Shown here: positions 10,948 through 22,254 of the stretch, in pieces
Layout of the letters: every line of letters begins with the position of its first letter
Position numbering within the stretch: position 1 is the stretch's first letter
From: a virus
Taxonomy: Duplodnaviria > Caudoviricetes
DNA: 64,000 bases
IMG/VR virus record: IMGVR_UViG_2684622926_000002
Location: 1 to 64,000 of that record
Direction: 5' to 3' (one strand)
The notes under the pieces: model-generated
What the model was told of the DNA's origin: nothing
Databases searched by the model: none
Seen by the model: the letters and a program-made list of their open reading frames with translations, nothing else
Translations under genes and position numbers: made by a program

Positions 10948-11420
10948 ATTACCCAACGTGTTCCCTACTTTCATTATGATTGGCTCCAACAAGACTTTGC
11001 ACTTCATTATCGCCAACATTAACAAAACGGGCTTGCGTACTAATAGCTTCGTCAGTATCCACATTAATAGCTTACTGTGGTTTGCGCCATGTTCTGCTTT
11101 TTTTAACTTTACCTTTACCAAAGGCTTTAAAGTCTGTCGCGACAATAACGAAACAGCGAATAGCCCTTTCGATTTATTGCTATATTTGGCGTAAATTGTC
11201 TTTGAATGTTTATTGATATTGGACGGATGATATTAGTGTAACATCCAGCTACTTGCAAGCCAACTCGAAAAAGCCTTGCCGTGCAGATAACAGCATAGAG
11301 AATGTCCCCCCTCCATCATCAAGGTAGTTTCAAGCGCGGTATTAAAATACTGGAAGTCTCCACGCATACTATTAAGTTTTATATTGTCACGTAACTATAG
11401 CTAAATCAGATTGTTACTAG
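10945..11420 (-). mobile_element. IS5-family (IS903 group) transposase pseudogene
   Basis: Broken frames give FQYFNTALETTLMM, ARQGF, ATDFKAFGKGKVKKSRTWRK and FVNVGDNEV, matching IS903-type transposase motifs. Confidence 0.6.
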
Positions 11421-11591
11421 TAAGTCGGATGGGGGCTTTAGCGATGTTGGTGCCGGTTTCGGGGCTATAGTGACAGAAAAGTTTTTTAACCCTAACCAAT
11501 CTTGTTATGTGGTATTGAGTATTTTAATTTCTATAATTAAACTTTCCGATTGCCTAAAGTAGAGATAAAAAAGCTGTCTAAAGTAGATCGC

Positions 11592-11990
11592 CTATTTTAA
11601 AATTGTGTAGTTTTTAATTATCTCATTATACTTTATATAGCACTTTTCAATAAAATTTTTGGTTTCATTTAATATGTTTTCCAGATTACTAATTATATGA
11701 AACTCTTCAAAAATATTTCCATCTGATGTATAAAACTGCCCTTTTATTTCTATTCTTTGATTATCATATTCTCTATATGAAATCTCTATATCTAAAAGAT
11801 CAATATCTTTCTCATTTAAAACTTCTTCTTTTAATAAAAATTCTAAATATTTGATATGTTTATATACATTCCCTTGATTATCTTTTTCATATTGATCTTC
11901 AATATGAACTTTTTTAATTTCTTCTCGATTTTGAAACTTTTCTTTTCCGAAAAGAAAATATTCATTGAGTAAAAATGTTACTTTATCCAT
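11592..11990 (-). CDS. Putative Rhs immunity protein
   Basis: 132 aa, lies immediately after a truncated Rhs tip (NPSG at ~12065). Confidence 0.55.
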   Translation of the reverse strand: MDKVTFLLNEYFLFGKEKFQNREEIKKVHIEDQYEKDNQGNVYKHIKYLEFLLKEEVLNEKDIDLLDIEISYREYDNQRIEIKGQFYTSDGNIFEEFHIISNLENILNETKNFIEKCYIKYNEIIKNYTILK

Positions 11991-12620
11991 AATTCATATC
12001 TTGTGTACAGGTAACTTTTGCATCTTGTAAAGCTTCTGTAAAACTAGACTTATTACCCTATAACCCGACGGGCTCTTTCCGCAAATAAAACCCAGTATTT
12101 GCGGCGTAGTATCTGAAACTGTCACAATAGAGTCCTGCTAGTTCCTCATCCTCATAATGACCAAGCTGCCTGAAAGGTTAGAAATGTTTATTGTGAAAGC
12201 TATCTTCCCAGATCCTACCATAAATATCAAACACTACCTGCAAACAAGCTTTCCTTATTTATCGTAAACCTGATCGGGTCTTTCAAAATAATCAGATAGA
12301 ATAAAGTAGCTGTTTTCATCCTAAATTTTTAGCAGTCGCCGCGAAACTTCCATCTGCATACAATCAAGTAGTAACATTATGGATTTATTCAGATTTATCC
12401 AAAATAAGTAATCCTAAATCATCAGGTAGAATTTAAGATCGCTCACTTAGCTCATAGCTCTATTAGGTAATAGAACATTATGCCCTCAAAGAAGGAATAA
12501 ATTTTTGAATTAACAGTTTAGCCGTTCTTCTTAAAGCATCATAAGCAAAGGGAATCAATTGGCCTTTAGGATTGCGTACGGCTTTGAGCATGCCAATGTA
12601 ACGAACTTACCAACAGTCAT
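11990..12620 (-). pseudogene. Rhs core/tip fragment with truncated toxin
   Basis: Fragments YDALRRTAK...WQVVFDIYGRIWEDSFHNKHF.PFRQLGHYEDEEL. Confidence 0.75.
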
Positions 12621-12732
12621 AAGACTTTAGCCTTATTAAAATCCTTATTCCCGAGGACGAACAGGAACTATTGGATAAGTTGGACAGTTAAATAAACAAA
12701 AAATCCTACTTTTTGATTTGGATTCTTCTTTT

Positions 12733-13020
12733 TTAAGGCATTCTCATTAAACTTTCTCTTAATCTATTAATTAAGTCTTTTGATTTAAGACATTCCAGTG
12801 GAGTTAAATAATCTAATACAGGGGCTTTATAATTTAACCATTCTTCATAATTTTTGCCAATTTTACCATACACAACTTTAGCTAGATCAGTATGATTGTT
12901 TAATAAAGTTAATAAATTTATCTTTTTTTCATCTAAATAATTCTTATTCCATATATCTTCAAATGAATGAACAAAACTTTCCCATTTATCTCCTATATAG
13001 TATTTTTCTAATTCATACAT
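12733..13020 (-). CDS. Immunity protein with an MbcA/ParS/Xre antitoxin-like C-terminal motif
   Basis: EEWLNYKAPVLDYLTPLECLKSKDLINRLRESLMRMP resembles the DUF2384 motif; it follows a RES-like toxin. Confidence 0.6.
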   Translation of the reverse strand: MYELEKYYIGDKWESFVHSFEDIWNKNYLDEKKINLLTLLNNHTDLAKVVYGKIGKNYEEWLNYKAPVLDYLTPLECLKSKDLINRLRESLMRMP

Positions 13021-13051
13021 AATTTATAATCCATTAAATATTATAATATTA

Positions 13052-13560
13052 TTACCTGCAATATCTTGTGCAGAAGGCGCTAGTATCCAGCAAAACCGTT
13101 AGATTTTGCAAAATCTCCAAGTTTTGAGTAACATCATAATTACCGCTTAGGGCTATAATATCATCTAAAGATACATTAAGTTTATTCCTAACATTTGGAT
13201 CTATTAAATCTAATACATTCTCTAATGAAAATTCTTTTGTTACTAAAACCTTATCCCCTAATGGAAGGTAACATGTAATTTCTTTATAAGCTGTTTGTAG
13301 GCTTATCCTAGCATAAACACCACCTACTCTAGGTTTAGTATCTCTATGATTAACCGCAACATTCCATTGACGGCGAGTCCAAATTGAAGAAACTCTATCC
13401 GGCATATCATCTCAATATGCACTCCCTTCCACTTTTTTACCAGATAACCCACAATTTTCCAACCCGAACAGGCAACCTCGGTATTCGAGTCGAAGACATA
13501 CACATATAAATTGGGGTTATTCCTACCAAGTCCTATAGGATCTTTGCTCATATTGCGATG
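13052..13560 (-). pseudogene. Rhs tip with RES-domain (NAD-consuming) toxin, inactivated
   Basis: KDPIGLGRNNPNLY...FGL ENCG, in-frame TGA, then NHR..PRVGGVYA..SLQTAYKEI...LENVLDL..P.VR..LNVSLDDI; frameshifted at the end. Confidence 0.65.
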
Positions 13561-14218
13561 ATTCCTTTTTGTTGATGAGAAAATAATGAGCCTACGCAAG
13601 TTGTGCAATATCCTTAACAGTAAGGTAAAAATTAACGTTTTTTCATCCTAATCAGTCATCAATATGCCTCCAAATTATTGCGTTTAATGGTCAAAATAAA
13701 AAACTGCAAATGGGGCCAATGATCTTAAAATTTGCACGAATTGATAATTAGAAGAAAAGAATAGCTGACCAAGAGTTAAAACTGATAGATACATATAAAA
13801 ACCATAACACTTAATTGTTGTACCCCAAAAGTGGTACAAACGATTTTTAGCAAATACATTTAACATAGTTAAGCTATGGCTAAATTAGTGATTAATGTAA
13901 GTTCACAACCTCAATAAAATTAACATCAAATTATTGGTACTAAAGTTTGTTACCTGATAAGGAAAGAAAAGTCATGTAAAAAGGTATTTTTTTAATTAAT
14001 GTTTTTTATAATTGATATTTTTTTTAATATTTTTTGACTTTAATGGACTGGTGAAATATTCTACATTTAGATTTATTTATCAGCAATTAAAATACTAGAC
14101 TTTAGTTTATATTGATTTTTTAGTGAAAGGTCTAGCATTTTTTATAAAAAAATTAATCTTAACTTAATTTTTTATAAAATATATCGGTTTCTAATACTCA
14201 AAACTAACTAGGATTAAG

Positions 14219-15382
14219 ATGGTTAAAAAATTATATTCAAGACAAAAAAGAAAAAAACTGAAATTTTATGAGGAAAATTTATTCAAATTCATTAAGTTTT
14301 TATTCACAATATTAACCCCTTTTTTAGGGTTGGTTTTAGTATGGTGTTTTTTGAGTAGTATAGATCGAACTGATGTTTTCCAACAAATCGCTTTTGGTAA
14401 TCAAGCTACCTTTATGCCTCTTATTGTCTTTTATATCTGTATGTTCTCTATTGTTTATTTAAGCGCCGTCCCGAGTTTTATGTTTGTATTTTTTCCTAAA
14501 ATTCTTATTAGTGAAGATTTACCTTTTGTTTTTTCAAGTAAACGGGCATTTATAGAACAAATTATAGTACTAATTATTCTACATTTTTTTGTTATTACTA
14601 TATCAATTTTTTTACTAGCGATAATCTGTTTCAATATGTATATAACCTTAGTTGTTTCCGCTTTGGTGTATTTGCTTTATTCAAAAGGTTACTTTTATAT
14701 TAGATATGGGATAAAAATTCATAATAAATTAGTTTTTATTAATTTTTTTTCCGCGTATTTTTCATTTTTACTAATTAGGTGGTTTTTCTTGCATATCACG
14801 GGTGCTAAATTTGAATCATCTAATGAGAGTTCGCTTTGGGGTTTGCTTGGGATTTTTCTTTGGCTTACATTGATTTATGCTATATTGCTAATTGTTTTAT
14901 ATCTTCCTGCAATTATATATTACATGTTCTATAATTCATATAAAATAATTCTAAGTTGTATAGCTTTTTTAATCTTAGTTATTTCGTTTGTTTTAGCTAT
15001 TTTTTATAATAACCTTTTTCATAATATATTTGAACAATACTTAATTATAGATAGAACCCCTTATGTAGCTATTTTGAATAAAAATGATTTTGCGAAAAAT
15101 ATTTTTTATGATCCAATTTGGGAGCTTAAGGATTTAGATGAAGATAGTAATTTTTATCTTTTAAGAGGAGAAAAATTTTTCAATTTATCTTCATACACTC
15201 TTTTTTGCCCATTAGATACTTATAAATATTTTAAATCTAGCCCATCTAAAATAAACTTTAAAGATTATACAAAACATTGTAGAGTGCTAAATATTGATGA
15301 AGTTATGTTTGAAGAACTTAAAATAGGTAAGCTTAAACGTAGAGTGAGACATATAAGTAAATTGAAGTATTTTACTCGCTAG
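14219..15382 (+). CDS. Polytopic membrane protein of unknown function
   Basis: 387 aa, about 8 hydrophobic segments then a soluble C-terminal domain; very AT-rich. Confidence 0.7.
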   Translation: MVKKLYSRQKRKKLKFYEENLFKFIKFLFTILTPFLGLVLVWCFLSSIDRTDVFQQIAFGNQATFMPLIVFYICMFSIVYLSAVPSFMFVFFPKILISEDLPFVFSSKRAFIEQIIVLIILHFFVITISIFLLAIICFNMYITLVVSALVYLLYSKGYFYIRYGIKIHNKLVFINFFSAYFSFLLIRWFFLHITGAKFESSNESSLWGLLGIFLWLTLIYAILLIVLYLPAIIYYMFYNSYKIILSCIAFLILVISFVLAIFYNNLFHNIFEQYLIIDRTPYVAILNKNDFAKNIFYDPIWELKDLDEDSNFYLLRGEKFFNLSSYTLFCPLDTYKYFKSSPSKINFKDYTKHCRVLNIDEVMFEELKIGKLKRRVRHISKLKYFTR

Positions 15383-16034
15383 TTTGTTAATTTTGATAAA
15401 GTGATTTTAATAAATGGATATTTGAATTATAAATATAAATTTAAGAATATATAGTCATAAATTTTATAGCCAGCTTATAGATAATAGCTGTCATAAAGTT
15501 AAATGCTTTTAATTTATAATTGATATTTTAATATGCATAATTGATCTTAAGTTAGTTTAGGTGTTTATATCAATAACTAATTATATAATCAAAGATAAAT
15601 TTTTTCTTACAAATAAAATAAAAAGATTAGTCGTATTTTTAATAGTTTATAGAGGATGCTTTCGGGAGTTGGCGGATAAACCGCCCGTGAACGGCGTCAC
15701 GGGTGGTTTTCTTGTTTTCAAATAAACTTCGTCGCCGTGACACGATGCACCAGTCTACAAGCAAAAAACAGAAGCTTTAGCAGATGCGCCAGCAGACGAA
15801 GAAACAGCGGATGAGGAGAAGCAAAACACGTGAAGAGCGCGAGATTAACCAAGCGTTAGCCAAGCTGGAGCGCAAGCATCGAAACCGAGTTTGAGCGTTG
15901 ACTAATGCCTTCTACAACTCATGCGTTCTCTTATTCCCGAGGACGAACTCGAACTCTTAGATAAGCTGAATGCTTAAAAAAACAATAAAGCCAACTCAAA
16001 AAGTTGAATTTTATTTATATTTGTATTCTATTAA

Positions 16035-16560
16035 AGATAAAGAAATAAGAGTTGTTTTATAAAGAAACAATAACGGTATATCAAGCATAGAGAAAAGAAA
16101 TTGCTTTACCTGCTGTAAAGGCTCAAACTTTTGTACCTCCCTTTAAAGTTGAAAGAATGACTTGGATTAAACCTTCTTTTTATCGATGATGTACAGATCT
16201 GGATGTGCTGAGGAGAAAGAACAAGAACATATATTAGCAATTAAAATAAAACGAGAAGGTTTTAATAGGCTTTGGAAAATGTCTGTTTATTTATTTTTAA
16301 AAAGCATATTTATAAAACTTATGAAAATTAAAAAGGGAAATTGAACAATACAGTTGTTCGTATTCAGTGGGATCCTGAAAAAAGTATTAAACTGGAGAAT
16401 TTAGATTATAAATCTATTCAAATAGGGTTAAAGGGTGGAGCTGTTAAAAAATATCTAAAAAGATTGGATTGTTCAAATTGATGATATTACAGATTTTTTT
16501 AAAGAAATACACTAACTCATTTTAAATAATGAACTAGAAAATCAAATGAATTATTGAAGC
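16035..16560 (+). pseudogene. DUF4291-family pseudogene
   Basis: ETITVYQA*RKEIA...[13 protein letters not shown]...MMYRSG...EQEHILAIKIKREGF...VRIQWDPE...YKSIQIGL, with stops and frameshifts. Confidence 0.75.
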
Positions 16561-17099
16561 GGATTAAATTCAGTTTTTTGTATTAGAGTTTTAGCTGTAT
16601 TATTTAATTCTTCATAAGGAGAATCGAAATATTGCTTTAAGATACCTAATATCTCATTATTGATACCTACTTTATATAAATTCCAAAGACATTTTTTCCA
16701 GATTGGAACCATAAATGTTTCTATATTTTCAGTATCCTGTTCTTGAAATTTATTAATATGCAATATTTTTAGATAATATTTAATATTACCCTTACATACC
16801 TCTAATGAATCTAAAATTCTTTCTAATAGGTAATAAGGTACCCATATTTTATCAATTAATTGCTTATAAACCTTATCAATATTCTTATTTATATATTCTT
16901 CATCATATAAATACTCTATAATATCTAAGCTTACTTCTACTTGCTCAACATTCTCTCTAGCAATCGAATCCAATAAATTTAAGTAAAAATAATCGATACT
17001 TTGTCTTAAATCTATAGAATATTCACTATAAAATTTATCCAAATCTATTTTATTAGTTAGCAACTTATAGATTAACTGTTGTTCTTCAGCTGTAATCAT
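16551..17099 (-). CDS. Putative Rhs immunity protein
   Basis: 182 aa helical protein downstream of a truncated Rhs tip (YISKDPIGL at ~17220). Confidence 0.55.
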   Translation of the reverse strand: MITAEEQQLIYKLLTNKIDLDKFYSEYSIDLRQSIDYFYLNLLDSIARENVEQVEVSLDIIEYLYDEEYINKNIDKVYKQLIDKIWVPYYLLERILDSLEVCKGNIKYYLKILHINKFQEQDTENIETFMVPIWKKCLWNLYKVGINNEILGILKQYFDSPYEELNNTAKTLIQKTEFNPLQ

Positions 17100-17524
17100 T
17101 ATTATAAAATTTGATTATTTACCTTCAATCTTAACATTTTCAAAAGATACACTATTTTCATTAAATGTATCAAGACTTTTTCCTGTTTGAAATATATTCC
17201 CAACAAGTCCGATAGGGTCTTTGCTTATATAAGCTCCTGAATTACTTTCGTAATATCGGAAACGGTTACAATAGCGTCCTCTAAGTTCCTCATCCTCATC
17301 CTCATACTGACCAAACAGCCTAAAAAGTTAGAAATGCTTATTGTTAAAGCTATCTTCCCGTATTCTAGATAAATATCAAACTCTACTTGTCAAATAAGCT
17401 TGCCTGTTTCATCGTAAGCTTGATTCAATGCTTAAAAAACAACAAGCCAACTTATAAAAGTTGGCTTGTTATTTTATATTGAAAATTTATTATCACATTG
17501 GTTTTACCAACAAATAATAAATAA

Positions 17525-17854
17525 CTACATCCACCTATTAGTCGAAGTATTAGCATAAAATAAATCAAAATATTTTTGATCTATTATTTTCATACTTTCT
17601 AAAGAACCAAGTAGATTTTCAGATATTTCTAAATCTTCAGCACAACCTGAGTATTTTGTTAAAAAATTTATAAATTTAACTAATAACTCATTTTTATCTT
17701 CTTGTGTTAAAGAATTATCATTATAAAATTGCTCAATTATAATTTTTATTTTTTGTTTTTCTTTAACATTATCTTCATAAGTTGCATTGAGATTCTGATA
17801 GAATATATCCCATTCGTTTGCTATTTCTTCTAATAATCTTAAATATTTTTGCAT
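17525..17854 (-). CDS. Hypothetical/immunity-like protein
   Basis: 109 aa intact ORF in the cassette array, followed by the recurrent hairpin. Confidence 0.55.
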   Translation of the reverse strand: MQKYLRLLEEIANEWDIFYQNLNATYEDNVKEKQKIKIIIEQFYNDNSLTQEDKNELLVKFINFLTKYSGCAEDLEISENLLGSLESMKIIDQKYFDLFYANTSTNRWM

Positions 17855-17879
17855 AGTCTAAATATTTTTAGCTTATTTT

Positions 17880-18293
17880 TTAGTTTTCCAGAAATAAATC
17901 TCGTTTAGATTTATTTTTGGCATCATTTACTCTCTCTTTTTTTATATTAAAATAGTTTACAGCTTTATTATATATTTCTTCATTACATTGAAGAGAAAAA
18001 ATAATTTTATCTTTTTGATTTTTAATCATAAACGTATCTTTATTAAAATATAGTTTAGCATCTCTTATATTAATTAAACCTTTTTTTCCAACTAATCTTG
18101 ATGAATATTGAAATATAATATTTTCATCATTTATATTAATAAAACCACACTCTTCAGATTGAGAATAGATAGTTAGGTTTAAAGAGTGATAATCTTCCTT
18201 ATAAGATTTGATATAAAATTTAGGTTTTAAAAATGAAAACATAATTAATAAAGATATTATTAAAAAAATTATTAGTGAAATTAACTTAAACAT
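17880..18293 (-). CDS. Hypothetical protein with N-terminal membrane anchor
   Basis: MFKLISLIIFLIISLLIMFSFL followed by a soluble domain. Confidence 0.55.
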   Translation of the reverse strand: MFKLISLIIFLIISLLIMFSFLKPKFYIKSYKEDYHSLNLTIYSQSEECGFININDENIIFQYSSRLVGKKGLINIRDAKLYFNKDTFMIKNQKDKIIFSLQCNEEIYNKAVNYFNIKKERVNDAKNKSKRDLFLEN

Positions 18294-18365
18294 TTAATTT
18301 TAGATTTTAAAGAATCTATTTTTTAGCTAATGTAGCAGGCGTAACCCATTTATACCAAGACATTT

Positions 18366-18695
18366 TTATTCTTTTATATCTGCTTCTTGAGTGGCAACGT
18401 ACGCAAAACTTGCACATTGCCTATCTCGTAAATTATATCCATTAATTGATGTGCTACCAGCTTTAAACTCTTTAATATATTGTTTCAAATTATACATTTG
18501 TGTTCCATCTATATCATAAAATACTGAATGCAAATTAGAACTATTTAAATACTTTATATGATTATAACTTAGTTCTCTAGGAATATCTGCAATCCTAATT
18601 TTAGGTATTTTATTATAATTAAAACAATCTCTAGGCACTGTCCAATATAAGTAGTAGTTCCATTCTCTGTTACTCCTATTAGGGCATGGCCACAA
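18366..18695 (-). pseudogene. Probable toxin-domain fragment
   Basis: Lies downstream of a degenerate tip remnant (YVGRSIWV at ~18745); no recognised family. Confidence 0.3.
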
Positions 18696-18912
18696 AGTCG
18701 TAAGTATTAGAATATCTAATTAATTTCTAACTTAACCCAAATGGAGCGACCCACGTATTGCTATCAAACTGCTGCACTAAAATACTTTCCAATACTAGCC
18801 AGTTTTGTAATGAGGTATTGAGTAGTTGGATTTCTATTATTAGGCTTTCTGATTGCATAGGGCAAAAATAAAAGAAAAAAGCCAACTTTTATAAGTTGGC
18901 TTGTTCATTTAA

Positions 18913-19374
18913 TTATTCTAATTTTGGTAGCCTATAACCATCATTTATAAATCTATTATTCTCAAAAACTATTACATCCCATAAATTGTTATATCTTGGC
19001 GCCAAATTAAAACATATCCAATTATTATTTTTACACAATTGCACCTTATTACTTTTTACATTTTCATATAATTCATTAAGAGGCAAAAACTGCATATTTC
19101 TTCGTTCAAAATATGCTGAATAATAAACTATCAACCAAGACCATTCTGAATCACTACTCATTTTATAAAAAGCATCAATTATCTTTTTTTTATCAAAATT
19201 TGGATTATTTTTCAAATATTCATCTATTTTAAATGTTGCAGAAATAATATCTGTGGGCATGTATGCTTCATTCAATCGAATTTCATATCCATTTTGACCT
19301 GTCAAATAATCAAATATTTGATCTTTCTGAACTGCTTGAATAAATAATTCATTAATGTCTTTTCTTATAACCAT
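18913..19374 (-). CDS. Putative Rhs immunity protein
   Basis: 153 aa, directly after the toxin at 19383-19830. Confidence 0.6.
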   Translation of the reverse strand: MVIRKDINELFIQAVQKDQIFDYLTGQNGYEIRLNEAYMPTDIISATFKIDEYLKNNPNFDKKKIIDAFYKMSSDSEWSWLIVYYSAYFERRNMQFLPLNELYENVKSNKVQLCKNNNWICFNLAPRYNNLWDVIVFENNRFINDGYRLPKLE

Positions 19375-19382
19375 TTTTATAA

Positions 19383-19900
19383 TACTTTTGTAATTATTAC
19401 TTAATAAACGGTACCTGATCTACCACTACTTCTGCAATACCTCCAGAGGCTGTACCTACCGGTATAAATAACGCATTATCTCCTGATAAATCAGACGATG
19501 GAAGTCTAAAATTATGATCTGTAGGTTTAGGTATAGCTATCTTATATGACTCTCTTTTACCTTGCCAATCTTTTGCAAGTATACCTAATCCTTTTTTCAA
19601 TCACAGAAATATCACCATTTGCTTTTTTTCAATGAATCATCTAGTTGACTTGTTGGAGCGACGAGCTGTCCATCTGGTCTAGCTAAATGGCTTTTTCCTT
19701 TACCAAAAAAATCATAAGCATCTCCTGTCATCAAAAAAGAAGCTCCAGAATCAAAATCTGAATGAACTCCACACTCACTTAATCCCATTGGGTCAACCGC
19801 TGCATTAGAGTCGTATACATAAGCATACAAATTTGGATTATTCCTAGCAAGTCTTATAGGGTCTTTGCTTATATAAGTTCCTGAATTACTATCCTAATAT
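19383..19900 (-). pseudogene. Rhs tip plus frameshifted toxin of unassigned family
   Basis: YAYVYDSNAAVDPMGL cleavage motif; the toxin is split into ORFs 19612..19830 and 19397..19600 (FRLPSSDLSGDNALFIPVGTASGGIAEVVVD). Confidence 0.7.
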
Positions 19901-19909
19901 CGGAAATGG

Positions 19910-20500
19910 TTGTGATCTAACTTGATGCATCCTTTTTCTTCGCGCGAGGTTTTTCTTTTAGCTTCAACTCTGTTTCAGTTGAAACAGAAAGATAAAAGTA
20001 CAATCAAAAAAAACAGATACCTTTTCATAGAATCAAAGATAAATTTTTTCTTCCAAATGAAATAAAAAGATTAGACGTATTTTTAGTTGTTTATAGGGGA
20101 TGCTTTTAGGAGTTGGCTGATAAACAACTAAAAAACGTACGAGGTCTTTTGTAACTCGTTACAAAAACGAGTTTTAAGCGGTGTTGCAAGCAGTAAAGCG
20201 AGAGTGCAAGTGCGGGCGGTGTGATCTTGCCAAAAATAAAATCCATTCCTTAGACTATTTGGGCGAATAAACTGCCCGTGAACGGTGTCACAGGTGGTTT
20301 ACCTATTTTCAAATGAACTTCGTCGCCGCGACACGATGCACCAGTCTACAAGCAAAAAACAGAAGCTTTAGCAGATGCGCTAGCAAACGAAGAAACAGCG
20401 GATGAGGAGAAGCGAAACACCTGAAGAGTGCAAGGGTAAGCAAGCGTTAGTAAAGCTGGAGCGCAAGCACCGGAACAGAGTTTGAGCGCCGACGAATGCC
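19910..20500. repeat. Rhs-associated ~0.6 kb non-coding repeat; other copies at ~24838-25435 and 28188-28835, partial copies at ~9745-9935, 15570-15965 and 22020-22157
   Basis: Shared text such as catagaatcaaagataaattttttcttcc...tttgtaactcgttacaaa...aactgcccgtgaacgg...aagctggagcgcaagcaccggaacagag. Confidence 0.9.
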
Positions 20501-20536
20501 TTTTTAAAATAAGTTTTATTCTTCCCCTTTTAATAA

Positions 20537-20938
20537 TCAATTATTATTTTTATAGGTAAATAGTAAAGTTTTACTTTCTGCTTCATAAACCCGAATTTCA
20601 TTTTTTATTGTACTACCAATATATTCTATAAAATCAAATACAGGCTTTAATTCTTCCATTGTTAATGAATAAACAGAACTAGTGAATAGAGAGATAACAT
20701 TTTCACCTTTGTACTCTGAGATAAGCTCCAAATTAAGTGAGATTATTTTTAATTGATTTTCAATATTAGAATGCTCAAAATTTAAATCTCCTTTTTCGAA
20801 ATATTCAATAGCATACTTCTGTTCTAAAATACTTTTTAATACTAGCCAGTTTTGTAATGAAGTATTGAGTAGTTGGATTTCTATTATTAGGCTTTCTGAT
20901 TGCATAAGGCAAAAATAAAAGAAAAAAAGGCAACTCAT
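20537..20938 (-). CDS. Hypothetical/immunity-like protein, duplicated at 25467..25835
   Basis: MQSESLIIEIQLLNTSLQNW..., near-identical to 25467..25835; a 5' fragment also lies at ~18780-18870. Confidence 0.6.
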   Translation of the reverse strand: MSCLFFFYFCLMQSESLIIEIQLLNTSLQNWLVLKSILEQKYAIEYFEKGDLNFEHSNIENQLKIISLNLELISEYKGENVISLFTSSVYSLTMEELKPVFDFIEYIGSTIKNEIRVYEAESKTLLFTYKNNN

Positions 20939-20996
20939 AAAAGTTGGCTTTTGTTTTTTTTGTAAACTTCAAAAAAGTAATAAGGTAGTACCTTAT

Positions 20997-21205
20997 TAAT
21001 GTATCTTTGGTGAACTAAACGTAATTGATGTTTTGAAATCGGGTTGTTTTTTAGTGATGGATTCTTTATATAAAGTAACTCCAATAAGTTTTCCATCTAA
21101 AAAGTAATTACACTCATAATCACACTATTAGAAAATATACTAACTATTGTCATAGCCGGACTATCACTTTTTAGGTACACTACATCACCTCTTTTATTTC
21201 TTCAT
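20997..21205 (-). pseudogene. YodC/DUF2158-like small protein pseudogene
   Basis: MKK*KRGDVVYLKSDSPAMTIV matches the GDVVxLKSGGPxMTV motif. Confidence 0.5.
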
Positions 21206-21262
21206 AATTTTTTGATTATAAGATTATATATTCATTAACTAATTCATTATTTTAGTGAAAGT

Positions 21263-21538
21263 TTATTGATCAAGAAAAAAACGACTTTTGATATTTCCTT
21301 GTCTACATAGTTTACATATACGTTCAAGTATTAGCTTTTTGTTCTTTACTTCTGAGGTAGTATTATTTTTATTTATTTGAATTAAACTTTCTGGATAAAT
21401 TGCAATATCATAATCTTCACTTACTACCATCTCACTATCTATAAAGTATTCATTATTATTTGCATCAAAATATTCTATTCCAGATCTTCCTTTAATTACA
21501 ATATAGTCTTCTGCTATTTCATCTTTAATTATGGCCAT
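21263..21538 (-). CDS. Imm74-like immunity protein
   Basis: GRSGIEY....YFIDSEMV...YDIAIY motif; overlaps the stop of a Tox-ARC toxin. Confidence 0.7.
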   Translation of the reverse strand: MAIIKDEIAEDYIVIKGRSGIEYFDANNNEYFIDSEMVVSEDYDIAIYPESLIQINKNNTTSEVKNKKLILERICKLCRQGNIKSRFFLDQ

Positions 21539-21900
21539 GTTCCTGTTTTTAATTTGTTAGAATTTATATCTCTAATTTCTGTTGTTAATCCTTTTTTGTC
21601 AAGAATTAGTTTTTCTATTTTTTTCCATACACTATCAGCCCGTCTATATCGAGAGGAATCAATAAAAGCAATTGTATGTGTTCGAGATTTTGGAGTAGAA
21701 GCAGCAAAATCAGCTGAAGTTTTTTTCCATAATGATTCAGCATCAACCCAATCCATATCTTTAGTCCAAGCTTCCAAAGCTTTCCCTTGTGGTGTCATTT
21801 CAAGAATAGTTCCTCCAATACTTTCTGCATATTCTTGAGCAGTTTGTTGAGTTAGTCTCCCTCCAGACCAAAAAACTTTTATTTTTTTATCCAACCCCAC
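21529..21900 (-). CDS. Orphan Rhs C-terminal toxin, Tox-ARC (ADP-ribosyl cyclase/NADase-like)
   Basis: FWSG, ILEMT, LWKKTSADFA and SVWKKIE align with the CD38-like WS, TLE and catalytic E motifs; preceded by an Rhs tip. Confidence 0.7.
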   Translation of the reverse strand: MGLDKKIKVFWSGGRLTQQTAQEYAESIGGTILEMTPQGKALEAWTKDMDWVDAESLWKKTSADFAASTPKSRTHTIAFIDSSRYRRADSVWKKIEKLILDKKGLTTEIRDINSNKLKTGTWP

Positions 21901-22157
21901 GGGGCGACCATCGTATTGGAGTCATGAGTATAAGCATACAAATTTGGGTTATTCCCAGCGAGTCAGATAGAGTCTTTGCTTATATAAATTCCTGAATTAC
22001 TATCGTAATATCGGAAACGATTGTGGTCTAACCCTGTGCATCCTTTTTCTTCGCGCGAGGTTTTACTTTTAGCTTCAACTCTGTTTCAGTTGAAATAAAA
22101 AGATAAAAGTATAATGAAAAAAACAGATACCTTTTCATAGAATCAAAGATAAATTTT

Positions 22158-22250
22158 TGGAATGTCTACACTTTTTCATACAACAAAATTAAGGGGTAAC
22201 TGTTTATTAAATGCCATCGGCGTCAAATAACCTAATGATGAATGCAGCCG
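22158..22250 (-). mobile_element. IS3 right-end fragment
   Basis: TGGAATGTCTACACTTTTTCATACAACAAAATTAAGGGGTAAC plus the orfB 3' end; same as 35363. Confidence 0.75.
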
Positions 22251-22254
22251 ATTT

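Noticed and set aside
10948-11216. N-terminal extension of the GNAT ORF and plus-strand ORFs 10958..11194 and 10980..11216
   Set aside because: This DNA is better explained as an IS903-like transposase remnant in another frame.
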